64,000 bases of DNA from Candidatus Nanoarchaeia archaeon (GCA_028714095.1 JAQTMY010000001.1:2147-66146); one strand, 5' to 3'. Shown: positions 39,762-50,093, counted from the stretch's first letter. Notes: generated from the letters alone by a model not told the origin. Translations and numbers: made by a program.

Positions 39762-40445
39762 TTAACAAACACTAGGCTTTTCCTTGAAGTGATTACATAT
39801 AATAGGCATAACCTTGTCTGAATCCATCAATTCTGGAAATACATCGTTTCCAACCACCACAGTGGGATATTCCTTAATATTGTAGGTTCTTGTTAAGATC
39901 CCTACTAGGGGTTCATCCTGAAATTCAGAATCTATGGAAAATACCAGTAATTTTTCTCCAAACAAAGTCTTTAAGTAAGTTAAAACATAAGACTGGGTTG
40001 AACAGTCTTTGCACACATCATCATTAGCATAAAAGTATAAAACAGACACAGTGTCTTCATTACATACTTTTTCAGATTGCTTGTTCAAAAGCCAGTACTT
40101 AATTTGGGCCAATAAATAATCTCTTTTAAGAATTTTATAATTTGCCACACTAAAATCATCATCACCTGTATAATCTTCGATCTTGACTCTTAATTCTTCA
40201 AGGTCAGAGACACTCTTTGATAAAGCTTGGGTGATTCCTTCGCATACTCCCTCTGTTTTCATAACATCAATGAAAGCATATTGTAATTGCAGACTATCAT
40301 AATCTAATCTTTGATTATCCATGATATCAGACAGATAAACCTCTCTTTGTTTATTAAAGGAGAATCCAACCAGTAATCCAAGCAAAAAAACAGACAAGGT
40401 AATTACAAATGCAATAAGATATCTTCTTCTTTTTATGTGTCTCAT
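39762..40445 (-). CDS. membrane-anchored hypothetical protein (single N-terminal TM, Cys pairs)
   Basis: 227 aa with CEGITQ...CNEDT...CKDCS. Confidence 0.35.
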   Translation of the reverse strand: MRHIKRRRYLIAFVITLSVFLLGLLVGFSFNKQREVYLSDIMDNQRLDYDSLQLQYAFIDVMKTEGVCEGITQALSKSVSDLEELRVKIEDYTGDDDFSVANYKILKRDYLLAQIKYWLLNKQSEKVCNEDTVSVLYFYANDDVCKDCSTQSYVLTYLKTLFGEKLLVFSIDSEFQDEPLVGILTRTYNIKEYPTVVVGNDVFPELMDSDKVMPIICNHFKEKPSVC

Positions 40446-40449
40446 TTTC

Positions 40450-41706
40450 TCACCATTTCTGTACTTTCCCGGTCATTAAATCGAAAAATACCCACGCCCA
40501 TGACATTAATAACAAAAATGCATATATAAAAAAGTATCCAATCAAGGGGATGTAGTTAAAAGCAGATAGTTTCTCATCATGACTTTTGTATGAAAAGTAA
40601 ACCATCCCCATTAATATTAACATCATGGCAACAATCAAGAAAAGATTCATAAAATCAAGGTCTAAAATGGATTTTCCCTTAAATATTGTATTCATAACAG
40701 CAGGAACATCATAATTTATCGCTCCAATATTCTTAAGCTCCTTTGCAACTGGTATCAATACATAATTATAAAGAGAAATTATCAAAACAACCAGGGAAAT
40801 TATTGCTGCAAATAAAACAGTAGGTAGGTGAAATAATCCTAAATCTCCATAGTCCAGATTAAATAACATTTTTCTATATTTAAGAACATTTAACACCGAT
40901 CCTTTATACCATCTGTTTCTTTGCTTAAAAAAAGTCTTAAGGTTGGGCGGAACTTTTGTATAAACAACAGCAGTCAAAACCTGGACAATTTTGTAATGTT
41001 TTTCCTGTAGCCTTAAGGCCATCTCCAAATCCTCAGTAAGATTATTCTCGCTAAACCCGCCAACAACATCAAAAAATTTTTTCTTGTAAACACTAAATGG
41101 ACCAGGAGCAACGTGACAGCAATCCAGATGAGTGATTAGTTTTTTTGCAAAATTATTTGTTATGTATTCGCACCACTGCAGTTTTTCTAAGAAATTATTT
41201 GTATTTTTTACCCTCATTAAAGGCAAGACAACAGCTATTCTTTCGTCTCTTGAAAAGACAGGGAGTATCTTTTTAAGAGCATCAGGTGAAACTGTACTGT
41301 CAGCATCAAGAACAACAAAAAATTCCCCCCTTGCCCTGCTGAGGGCATTATTCAAGGCAGAGCCTTTTCCAGCATTTTTCTGATTTATTAAATAAATGTT
41401 ATACCCTTTAGCTCTCTCAATAATCTTTTTCATAACCTCTTCAGTTCTGTCCTTTGAGCCGTCATTAACAACAAAAATCTCAAAACAATTTTTTGGATAA
41501 TGCAGATTTAACAATGAATTCACCGTTTCTTCTAGAGTATCCTCTTCATTATAAGCAGGGACAGCAATGGAAACAAACGGATAACTCTTAAGTTTGCCAT
41601 TCTCTTCTTCTATCCCTTTCTCAAAGAAAATAATAAGCCAGAAAACAATAATAAACAACCCTATGAAATAGGTAATCCACAAGATTAAGGTAATCACTGA
41701 AATCAT
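40450..41706 (-). CDS. GT2 processive beta-glycosyltransferase (NodC/HAS/CesA-like)
   Basis: VSIAVPAYNEE...VVNDGSKD...VLDADS...QRNRWYKG (QxxRW), with flanking TM helices. Confidence 0.75.
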   Translation of the reverse strand: MISVITLILWITYFIGLFIIVFWLIIFFEKGIEEENGKLKSYPFVSIAVPAYNEEDTLEETVNSLLNLHYPKNCFEIFVVNDGSKDRTEEVMKKIIERAKGYNIYLINQKNAGKGSALNNALSRARGEFFVVLDADSTVSPDALKKILPVFSRDERIAVVLPLMRVKNTNNFLEKLQWCEYITNNFAKKLITHLDCCHVAPGPFSVYKKKFFDVVGGFSENNLTEDLEMALRLQEKHYKIVQVLTAVVYTKVPPNLKTFFKQRNRWYKGSVLNVLKYRKMLFNLDYGDLGLFHLPTVLFAAIISLVVLIISLYNYVLIPVAKELKNIGAINYDVPAVMNTIFKGKSILDLDFMNLFLIVAMMLILMGMVYFSYKSHDEKLSAFNYIPLIGYFFIYAFLLLMSWAWVFFDLMTGKVQKW

Positions 41707-41708
41707 AT

Positions 41709-43172
41709 CTACTCCCTTATAACTTTCCAGACCTCAAGCCCATTATCATTGTAAACCTTCTTAAATCTCTCGCTGTATTTTAACAAAAATAATAATCCTT
41801 CTTCATCTCCCTCCCAAAGAGTCTCTTTAATGGCTTGGTCAAATAAAATATAATCAACATTATATTTATCCAGAAGCTTCATGGCAGCATTTAAGTCCCT
41901 TGTATTAAACAAAGTTTCAGAATCTTTGTATCTTTCTTTTGAATCTGGGGCAAATATAAAATCCGCATCCATAACAACCGCCCTATTAGCTAATCCAGAA
42001 ATCCAGAATCCTCTCGAGTAATGTGAAAAAACAATGACTTCAGGGTCACTTAAACTTTCAAAATCATCAAGTCCTTTAAGCATACCCTCATTAGGCAAAT
42101 AAGTTCTTATCTCATTGACATATGATAACCCTGAAAAAAACAAACCCATGATTAAAACAAAAATTGAAAATTGTTTTATGAATTTACTTTCAAAATTAAG
42201 TTCAAATAAGTAAAATATTCCTGACGCAACAAGGAATGAGAACATAAATATAAAATAAAATAAGGTTCTTATTTCAAAGAAAGAAAGAATTAATAATAAA
42301 AATACTGCAGAATAAACAATCAGATTATTGTATTTCTCCCTCCAGAGTCTTATCATCCCCAAAACAGATAATATTATTGCAAATATCCCTAATCCAAACT
42401 TTCCTCCAAGGTCAGAGACAAAGTTCTGCATGCTGTACCTTATTCCTTCCTGCTGTATGAAAAATTCAAGACCAAATGGAAAAATTCCTTTTATCAAGTA
42501 TAATACTATTGAAACCAGTATTATTATTGGGATTATAAACCACCTTGTCTTGCTCTCCCTAAACAAGTATAATAAATATAAAAGCAATAAGGCAATTCCA
42601 GGGACTATGCTGAAGAAAAAAGACAGCAAAATAAAAATTAAAGATAATATTTTCTTGTCATACAAAAGCAACAAAAAAGCAATCAATCCAAAAACAACAG
42701 GGAATACATAAAGATTTGATGTTGAAAACAGATAAATAAATGTAGGTGAAAAAATTAAGATCAAACCAACAATTAATGAATCTCTTACCCTTAATTTTAA
42801 TTTTCTCAAGATAATATAAAACAAAAGCACAGATACCAATCCAAGAACAAAGGGCAACATCTTTGATGACAAAAAATAAGTAAATCCAAAAACATGGCTG
42901 AATAAGTAAATTATACTGGGATATAAATTAAATATTATGGTTCTGCCAGCATAGCTTAAATTATCATGAATATTTAAGGGAGTTTCAGCCAGTCTCATAT
43001 AGTGATAAGCCTCCCCTCCAATTAGCAGATTACTTTCTCTTAAAAAATTAGGCAGAGCAATCATTAAGGAAGCAAATACCAGCAACAAAAAAACTAAAAG
43101 TATCTCAACATTTTTTAGTTTTGTATACGGCGGTTTCTCCTTCACTCCATGCCTTTCTGAAACATCTTTCAT
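41709..43172 (-). CDS. GT-C-like polytopic membrane glycosyltransferase candidate
   Basis: 487 aa. First loop LIGGEAYHYMRLAE, more than 10 TM, and a ~100-aa C-terminal soluble domain. Confidence 0.4.
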   Translation of the reverse strand: MKDVSERHGVKEKPPYTKLKNVEILLVFLLLVFASLMIALPNFLRESNLLIGGEAYHYMRLAETPLNIHDNLSYAGRTIIFNLYPSIIYLFSHVFGFTYFLSSKMLPFVLGLVSVLLFYIILRKLKLRVRDSLIVGLILIFSPTFIYLFSTSNLYVFPVVFGLIAFLLLLYDKKILSLIFILLSFFFSIVPGIALLLLYLLYLFRESKTRWFIIPIIILVSIVLYLIKGIFPFGLEFFIQQEGIRYSMQNFVSDLGGKFGLGIFAIILSVLGMIRLWREKYNNLIVYSAVFLLLILSFFEIRTLFYFIFMFSFLVASGIFYLFELNFESKFIKQFSIFVLIMGLFFSGLSYVNEIRTYLPNEGMLKGLDDFESLSDPEVIVFSHYSRGFWISGLANRAVVMDADFIFAPDSKERYKDSETLFNTRDLNAAMKLLDKYNVDYILFDQAIKETLWEGDEEGLLFLLKYSERFKKVYNDNGLEVWKVIRE

Positions 43173-44622
43173 CTTTTGTAAATTCCACCTCCTCTAAATT
43201 ATATAATTCTTTTGTTCTTCTGGTAACATAGATATAGCTAACAAAATACTTGTCTGCAAGTGTTTTTGCCTTAACATCAGACTTTGTTGTATAAATCTCC
43301 ATTAGTTCATCAAATCTTTTATTGATGTTCTTTGCATATAAGAAATTTGTATCAATTAAATTTTTCCGTTCTGCAATAGATGATATATAATCCCCCTCTT
43401 CATATGAACTTAAAATTTCCCCTGTGTCTGCTTCGCTCCTTAACCATAACAAAGCATTGTATTCCTCGTCGGTTATCGTATGGTCCAGCGTATTGTTTAC
43501 AGCTATCAAACTTGGAATAACTATGCTAAGGAACAGTAAAATAAACAACCCTTTCTTGATTAACTCAAAATTGCTTGAAAATTTTGTTATATCAAGATAC
43601 TCAAAGAAAAGACTGTATCCTACAGAAGAAAATATTATTATTGAAATTCCAAACAAAACCAATCCAAAGTCAGGCCTTACAAGCCTTAATATTAACAATA
43701 TCAAAAGAGTCAATCCAAAGCTTGAAAATAAAAATATATTCTCATCTTTTTTCTTCGCTATCCCATGATATATTCCATATATCCCAAACAGAATCGGAAT
43801 AAGCCCTAAGCCGAATATAACCTCGATGACGCTGAACTCTGCAAAGTAGGAATTTAAAAGCGTTGTTGGAGTATTCTGCCAGAAAACACTCAATCCTAAG
43901 TTAAGCAATGGCTTCTTGAATATAATAAAACTCATCAAAAAACCAAGGAGTATAGAAAATACCAAAATTTCTTTTTTTACTCTTGCTATTTTTAATGATT
44001 CAGATCTTGCCAATAACAAATAAATTACAAACAAAAAGATTACAGCAAAATAATAAAGATTTATTAAAGGCAATAAGAACGCCAGTAAAATAAACTGGTT
44101 AAAGTAAATGCTTTCATTAATTCTCATAAAGCAGTAAAGCATATATAAAATTAAAATTATGAAAAACAAGCTCTGAGATAGATTATTAAAAAAAGTGCTG
44201 AATAACAAAGGCATAAATCCTGCTGAAAAAGCAGCAAACAAAGAAGATCTGTCATCATTGCAGACTCTCTTTGATATTAAAAAAACTAAAATAACCAAAA
44301 AGCTTGCAAGTATTTCTGGTATTACTTTAAATGCAAAATCCCCGATTACAAAACTCAATCCGGCAAATATGAAATGAAAAACAGGCAGTGCATACAAGCT
44401 TCTCCCTGAAAACGATAAGTCATCTGTAAAACTAAAATCTCCTGACTTTATGTCTTCAATATTTCTTATGTTTAGGTAAGCTTCAGAATCAGAATAATAT
44501 GGTGTCTGATAGGCAAAATACAATCTGAACGCCAAAGTTAAAATAAAAATAATTAATAAAAGAGTCTTAACTCTCGGCTTTAATTTCTGGATTTCCTCCC
44601 TCATTTTCCTTTGTTTTTTCAA
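43105..44622 (-). CDS. GT-C-like polytopic membrane glycosyltransferase candidate
   Basis: 505 aa. First loop YYSDSEAYLNIRNIED, many TM, soluble C-terminal domain. Confidence 0.4.
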   Translation of the reverse strand: MKKQRKMREEIQKLKPRVKTLLLIIFILTLAFRLYFAYQTPYYSDSEAYLNIRNIEDIKSGDFSFTDDLSFSGRSLYALPVFHFIFAGLSFVIGDFAFKVIPEILASFLVILVFLISKRVCNDDRSSLFAAFSAGFMPLLFSTFFNNLSQSLFFIILILYMLYCFMRINESIYFNQFILLAFLLPLINLYYFAVIFLFVIYLLLARSESLKIARVKKEILVFSILLGFLMSFIIFKKPLLNLGLSVFWQNTPTTLLNSYFAEFSVIEVIFGLGLIPILFGIYGIYHGIAKKKDENIFLFSSFGLTLLILLILRLVRPDFGLVLFGISIIIFSSVGYSLFFEYLDITKFSSNFELIKKGLFILLFLSIVIPSLIAVNNTLDHTITDEEYNALLWLRSEADTGEILSSYEEGDYISSIAERKNLIDTNFLYAKNINKRFDELMEIYTTKSDVKAKTLADKYFVSYIYVTRRTKELYNLEEVEFTKDERCFRKAWSEGETAVYKTKKC

Positions 44623-45106
44623 GTTCCTTTATCTTTGATACTAATTGATCTTCAACAATGTCAAAATAATCATAAAATTTTGGTGCTAAATCTATTATCC
44701 TTGTTCTCCCTTTTTTCTCAGTCAGGATAAATCCCTGGTCCTTTAAGAGTTTAATATGGTCATAACCTCCATTGCCCCTCATCTTTATAATATCTGACTG
44801 CAAAACCGGCCTTTGGTAGGCAATCAAAGCTAATGTATTCATTGTGGAATTATCAATTTCTGTAGTGTCCAGTAATTTTACAGTTAAATAATTAAACTCT
44901 TTTTTTATGCTTAATTTGAATTTTCCGTTTTCTTCTAAGATTGTCAAAGAGCCTTCGTTGTTTTCATATTTCTTTTTTAATTCTTCAATAGCATCCTTAA
45001 CAAATCCTATACTCCCTAACTCAGCTAATTTTGCTATTTCTTCTATGTCCATAAACCTTCCAGTTGTGAATAAAATAGCTTCTATTCTCTTTACATAATC
45101 TTCCAT
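44567..45106 (-). CDS. scpB: segregation and condensation protein B
   Basis: EAILFTTGRFMDIEEIAKL...TLALIAYQRPVLQSDIIKMRG. Confidence 0.75.
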   Translation of the reverse strand: MEDYVKRIEAILFTTGRFMDIEEIAKLAELGSIGFVKDAIEELKKKYENNEGSLTILEENGKFKLSIKKEFNYLTVKLLDTTEIDNSTMNTLALIAYQRPVLQSDIIKMRGNGGYDHIKLLKDQGFILTEKKGRTRIIDLAPKFYDYFDIVEDQLVSKIKELEKTKENEGGNPEIKAES

Positions 45107-45202
45107 AAGAACAAGATAAGGAGAGATTATTTAAAGTTTTCTAAGGTAAATTGTTAAGGTTAAACACTCTGAGGGCATAACACCAACTATATCCAATTAA
45201 CT

Positions 45203-45745
45203 TCATTCTTTTAGGAATAATTTGGCCGCTTCATATTTTGGTAAAATAATTTCTTTTGCTTCAGGAATAAGTTTATTCCAACTTCTTTCAAGTTTATTCC
45301 TTACCGAAATTCTGCCTTCTTCAATACTCATTTGTTTTTTAACATACGCAACGTATAAAAGAGTCGGAAGGTTATCAAAATGATCCATCGCATCAGCACT
45401 TGCTACACACTCTGCCTCAAGAGTTTCCCGTTTTATGCTTTGGCTACCCCTATGGGCATTAATGCAATGTTTAACTTTATCAATCCTATCTTGGGGATAG
45501 TTCAGTTCTCTTAAGATCCTCTCTGCCTCAATTGGACCAGAAATATGATGATTTTCTGGATTTCCCTTAATTCTCGTAATGTCATGCAGCCAAGCAGAAA
45601 TTTCAACAATCTCTTTATCAGCTCCTAACTTTTCAGCAAGTTGATTAGCATATTTTACAACTGAAACCATATGAGAGTAGCTCCAACTATCCCCCCCACA
45701 TTCTTTTTTGACAATGTCCTTTATTTTTTCAATCATAATATGCAA
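45203..45745 (-). CDS. HD-domain phosphohydrolase
   Basis: …AWLHDITR… H..HD motif plus downstream His/Asp residues. Confidence 0.75.
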   Translation of the reverse strand: MHIMIEKIKDIVKKECGGDSWSYSHMVSVVKYANQLAEKLGADKEIVEISAWLHDITRIKGNPENHHISGPIEAERILRELNYPQDRIDKVKHCINAHRGSQSIKRETLEAECVASADAMDHFDNLPTLLYVAYVKKQMSIEEGRISVRNKLERSWNKLIPEAKEIILPKYEAAKLFLKE

Positions 45746-45927
45746 AAGAAATCACAACTTTATATATTTAATGGAAAATAAAAATAACTCTTGTTTCCCT
45801 TCGGGACGTTGCACTAAAATCCAACCTCTCCAAGTATTCGGGGGAAACTAACAGGAATTATGTGTAATATTACTCAGGGCCTTTTTTAACGAAAGTATTA
45901 TAAAACTGATGATTCCCTAGATTTATT

Positions 45928-46098
45928 ATGAATAAAAAAAATTTCTGTTTAAGTAGATTTATAGGTGGAGTTATATTTTGTTTAAGCAGTGCAATTCTAA
46001 TATTTTTTGAGAATAATATTCCTGTACCAGTTAAAATTAGTTTATTAGTTGTAGGAATGGCACTGATTGCAACATCAAAACAGAAATTGCTAAAATAA
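45928..46098 (+). CDS. small (56 aa) membrane protein, not in ORF track
   Basis: MNKKNFCLSRFIGGVIFCLSSAILIFFENNIPVPVKISLLVVGMALIATSKQKLLK, with 2 TM helices. Confidence 0.2.
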   Translation: MNKKNFCLSRFIGGVIFCLSSAILIFFENNIPVPVKISLLVVGMALIATSKQKLLK

Positions 46099-46199
46099 AA
46101 AAAGCTCTGAAACTAGACTAGACTACGTTTCGCCTGTAAGAGTCAGTTCGGATAACCACTCTTAATCCTATAAATAAAGATTATAAAAAAAGAAAAAAA

Positions 46200-46370
46200 C
46201 TACTCGGTAGTTTCTTCTTCTGTAGATTCTTCAGTAGATTGACTTTCTTCCGATTCTTCAGGTTCAGATGTCTCCTCTGCAACAGAACAAGTGCATTCTT
46301 CTGGGGGAAGATTACATCCTTCACATTTCCCTTCTTCAGTTAAATTTTTCTTACATTTTTCACAAATCAT
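46200..46370 (-). CDS. small (56 aa) zinc-ribbon protein with acidic tail, not in ORF track
   Basis: MICEKCKKNLTEEGKCEGCNLPPEECTCSVAEETSEPEESEESQSTEESTEEETTE. Followed by the AAGAGT...ACTCTT hairpin. Confidence 0.4.
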   Translation of the reverse strand: MICEKCKKNLTEEGKCEGCNLPPEECTCSVAEETSEPEESEESQSTEESTEEETTE

Positions 46371-46459
46371 TTTTTTACCTCACATAGTTTATAAAAAAAA
46401 CCAATCCATTAATCTTATAAAAGCGTTTCGGTTTTAGGTATTATAAATATTTTAGTATC

Positions 46460-47545
46460 TTAATTAATCCCATACCTTAGAATAGCAGCTAATCCACCAA
46501 AGTCTCTTAACTGAACTCCTTCCCTTGTTTCAGTGGAAATAATAAAAACAGTTGTTCCCAAAGCTTCAGCCTTTTCCTCTAATCTCTCAATCTCAATTTC
46601 ATCCAAACTATCAGAAATTAATAATTTCTCAACAGCACCCATATCCAAAGCTCTCTCAACTTCCTTGCTTCCATAAGTAACTTTTTCAGGTTCCTTGACT
46701 AATCTGGTAAAAAATTCTCCAAGTATTTTTTTCTCTTCCATAATCTCTTCTTTAGCCAAAACATCCTGACTCTTGTCAACAAGTTCATGCAGTCCAGATT
46801 CATCTGTATAGGTAATGTCCTGAACAGCAATAACTTTATTTTTCAATTGCTGGTTTAGATACATCATGAAATCTTCTTTTGTTGGTCCGGGTCCGCCAAT
46901 TAAAATCCCTTTCAAGTCCTTGTTGGTTAAAAATTCCTCCTGTGCAGCATCAGCAATCCTTTTGTAGAATTCCTTTGCAGCTCCTTCTCTAAGTCTTGCA
47001 AATCTCTGGGAACTTTGACCTCCAGCCCTTGTCTTTCCAGGAACCCCTGAAGTTAAATGAAAAATAGATTCTATTAATGTACCTCTTAAATAACCGATTG
47101 TTCCCTCTCTCCTATCCATAACAATCAAACCAAAACATTCTCTTGTTTCAAGCATCTCCTTAAGTATATCTAAAACAAAAGTCTGGTCACATCTATATAA
47201 TCTTGAATTTAATGGTTCAGGAGGTTCAACACTCCATATCTTAATATCCACCTTGCTTTCATTATCAGAAGCATTGCCAGCAAAAACAGCCAATCCATTA
47301 GGAGGAGTTTGTTTAAACAATCTTAAATGTCTTATCGCCCTTTCAAGAGAATCAATAACATTTTTCCTAGTTCTTGCATCTTTAATGTTAGATGCAGTTC
47401 CCTGCTCCTGCTCTAAATGATTTATAATTTTATTTAAGTCATATCCAGCAGGAACATAAACAGAAACTAACTCTGTATGTCTCCCCCTTATCTGGCTTAA
47501 TTCCCTTAAAATTTTTTTTAAATCATGTCTTTGTTTTGAATTCAT
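46460..47545 (-). CDS. prf1: peptide chain release factor aRF1
   Basis: GGQ motif (…TRAGGQSSQRFAR…) and the NIKS-region TASNIKD. Confidence 0.85.
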   Translation of the reverse strand: MNSKQRHDLKKILRELSQIRGRHTELVSVYVPAGYDLNKIINHLEQEQGTASNIKDARTRKNVIDSLERAIRHLRLFKQTPPNGLAVFAGNASDNESKVDIKIWSVEPPEPLNSRLYRCDQTFVLDILKEMLETRECFGLIVMDRREGTIGYLRGTLIESIFHLTSGVPGKTRAGGQSSQRFARLREGAAKEFYKRIADAAQEEFLTNKDLKGILIGGPGPTKEDFMMYLNQQLKNKVIAVQDITYTDESGLHELVDKSQDVLAKEEIMEEKKILGEFFTRLVKEPEKVTYGSKEVERALDMGAVEKLLISDSLDEIEIERLEEKAEALGTTVFIISTETREGVQLRDFGGLAAILRYGIN

Positions 47546-47556
47546 TTTAAAATTAC

Positions 47557-49989
47557 CTAAAATTCGGTATTAAATTCACCTTTTTTGATTTCTTTTGCTT
47601 TTGTAACAGCCTTAAGATCATCGATAAGATCCTTCAGTAAGTCTAGAGACTTGTTATCTAATGTAAGAACAATCTCATCTTTTAAAGATTTCTTATTGTC
47701 TGTCTTGATCTTTCTTACGCTTTCAACTATCTTAACAAACAAGTCTCCTTTTTCAATTATTAGTTTCCCGTCAATTTTTTCTTCTTTAGGCCACTCAGCT
47801 GTATGTATTGATTTATTTTCTTCATTCTTTGCAAAATCAACGTGATAAATTTCTTCTGTAATGTGTGGAACAACGGGAGCAATTAATTTTAATAAATTGC
47901 TTAATATTTTATACAGAGTATATTGTGCAGATTTTCTACTTTCTCCTCCTCTCACATTAGGGTTATATAACCTATCCTTAACAATTTCCAGATAATTATC
48001 ACAAAAATCATGCCAGAAATAAGATTCAATAGCTTTATTGGCTTCGCTTGTATCATAAGTTTCATAACTTTCTGTAGCTGTTTTTATAATATCATTTAAT
48101 TTTAATAAATAATATTTATCGATGTCTTCTATTTTATTTGGTTTACTATAATCATAATTTTCAAGATGCATCAAAACAAATTTGGATGCATTCCATAACT
48201 TTGTTAAAAACTTCTTCCCATTAACTAATTCTTCTTCCTTGAACGGAATATCAGATCCCCATTTTGCTTTTCCAACCCAGTGCCTGAATGTATCAACATC
48301 ATATTTTTCTAGTAAAATATCAGCCCAGACAACATTACCTTTGCTCTTGTGCATTCCTCTTCCTTTTGCATCCAGGACAAATGTCCCCAAGGAAATATCT
48401 CTCCATGGAATTTCCTTAAAATGTAAATAAGATTTTAATATTGTATAAAATGCCCAAGTCCTTATAATGTCCTGGGCCTGGGGTCTTAAAGAACTTGGAA
48501 ATTTCTTTTTATAATTTAAAGGATCTTCTAACCATCTTGCAGTTATTTGTGGTGTCATTGAAGAAGTCATCCAGGTGTCAAATACATCTTCATCAGCCTT
48601 TAGCTCTCCATTTTTGCACTTAGTACATTTTCCCCTGTCTATCTCCAAAGGATCTAAAGGCAATTCATTTTCCTTAGCAACAACAATATTATCACATTTA
48701 TTACAGTACCATGCAGGAATCGGAACTCCAAAAAATCTTTGCCTTGAAATGCACCAGTCCCATCCTAGATTTTTTGTCCAGTCCTCATATCTTACTCTGA
48801 AAAATTCAGGATACCAGTTAATTTTTCTTCCCTGTTCAATTAATTCATTTTTATAATTTAATGCTTTAATAAACCATTGTTTTGTAACAATATACTCAAC
48901 AGGGGTATTACATCTCCAGCAGCTTCCAACAGTTTGTTCCAACTCCTCCCGATTTTTTAGTTTCCCTTCCTTTGTCAATTTTTCAATTATCTTTTCTCTT
49001 GCATCATTTAATGTTAATCCTTTATATTCCAAGGCAAGTTCATTTAACATTCCCCTTTTGTCAATAATGATTTTCAAAGGTAAATTATGTTTTTTCCACC
49101 ACTCAATGTCTGTATTATCACCAAAAGTACAAATCATTACTATCCCTGTTCCAAAATCCTTGTCAACTTTCTCATCAGTCATTATAGGAACTTTCTGGTT
49201 AAAGATTGGAACAACAGCATTTTTCCCAACCAAGTCTTCATATCTTACATCATCTGGATGAACAAATATCCCAACGCAGGCAGCCAAGAATTCAGGCCTT
49301 GTTGTAGCAACATTTATTTTTTCTCCGTTCTCCAAATCAAAATCAATATAATTTAGTTTTGTTTTTCTTTTCAAATCCTCAACCTCTGCCTGAGCCAGAG
49401 CAGTCTGATGATAAGTACACCATATTGTAGGTTCCTCTGCCCTATAACAATCTCCCTGTTTAACTAATTTAACAAAAGAAGTTTGAGCAACTTTTTGGGC
49501 TTCATTTCCTATTGTAGTATACAACAAATTCCAGTCATAGCTATGCCCCAATCGTTTAAAGACTTTATCTCTGTAAATCCTTTCAACCTCTTCATTAGCT
49601 TCAATGCATAACTTCCTGAATTCAGATCTGGATACAGTATTCTTGTTAACTCCCAGTTTTTCTTCAACATATTTTTCAGTTGGCAGACCATTATCATCAA
49701 AACAAGGAGCAAAATAAACATTAAATCCTTTCATTCTTTTATATCTTGCAATAATCTCAAACTGGGTATAATGTAAAGCATGCCCAACATGAAGATGTCC
49801 TGCAGAAGCATAAGGTGGTGGAACATCAACTGAATAAATCTTTTTCTTGCTATTTGGATCAAACTTATAAATATTTTCCTTTTCCCAGTAATCCTGCCAC
49901 TTCTTCTCTACATCAGCAGCATTGTAGTTTTTATCCAGCATTTTAATTAAATTTAACAAAATGTAGTTTATATAAGTTTTTCTTATCAT
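47557..49989 (-). CDS. valS: class Ia aminoacyl-tRNA synthetase, most likely valyl-tRNA synthetase
   Basis: PPPYASAGHLHVGHAL (HIGH), CWRCNTPVEY, GMHKSKGN (KMSKS-like). The 810-aa length fits archaeal ValRS better than LeuRS or IleRS. Confidence 0.6.
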   Translation of the reverse strand: MIRKTYINYILLNLIKMLDKNYNAADVEKKWQDYWEKENIYKFDPNSKKKIYSVDVPPPYASAGHLHVGHALHYTQFEIIARYKRMKGFNVYFAPCFDDNGLPTEKYVEEKLGVNKNTVSRSEFRKLCIEANEEVERIYRDKVFKRLGHSYDWNLLYTTIGNEAQKVAQTSFVKLVKQGDCYRAEEPTIWCTYHQTALAQAEVEDLKRKTKLNYIDFDLENGEKINVATTRPEFLAACVGIFVHPDDVRYEDLVGKNAVVPIFNQKVPIMTDEKVDKDFGTGIVMICTFGDNTDIEWWKKHNLPLKIIIDKRGMLNELALEYKGLTLNDAREKIIEKLTKEGKLKNREELEQTVGSCWRCNTPVEYIVTKQWFIKALNYKNELIEQGRKINWYPEFFRVRYEDWTKNLGWDWCISRQRFFGVPIPAWYCNKCDNIVVAKENELPLDPLEIDRGKCTKCKNGELKADEDVFDTWMTSSMTPQITARWLEDPLNYKKKFPSSLRPQAQDIIRTWAFYTILKSYLHFKEIPWRDISLGTFVLDAKGRGMHKSKGNVVWADILLEKYDVDTFRHWVGKAKWGSDIPFKEEELVNGKKFLTKLWNASKFVLMHLENYDYSKPNKIEDIDKYYLLKLNDIIKTATESYETYDTSEANKAIESYFWHDFCDNYLEIVKDRLYNPNVRGGESRKSAQYTLYKILSNLLKLIAPVVPHITEEIYHVDFAKNEENKSIHTAEWPKEEKIDGKLIIEKGDLFVKIVESVRKIKTDNKKSLKDEIVLTLDNKSLDLLKDLIDDLKAVTKAKEIKKGEFNTEF

Positions 49990-50093
49990 GCATTGTTACC
50001 TTAACGGGACTTATTCTTACAAAACATTTAAATACTAAGTAATTATTATTGATATTAATTATAAATAAATAAAAGTTATTATTAATAAGTAAA

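Noticed and set aside
45790-45930. Possible small RNA (UUCG-capped hairpin TCCC-TTCG-GGGA, CTGATGA box) upstream of the small membrane ORF.
   Set aside because: The motifs are too short and isolated, and I could not assemble a tRNA or C/D fold. This is more likely 5'UTR or promoter sequence.
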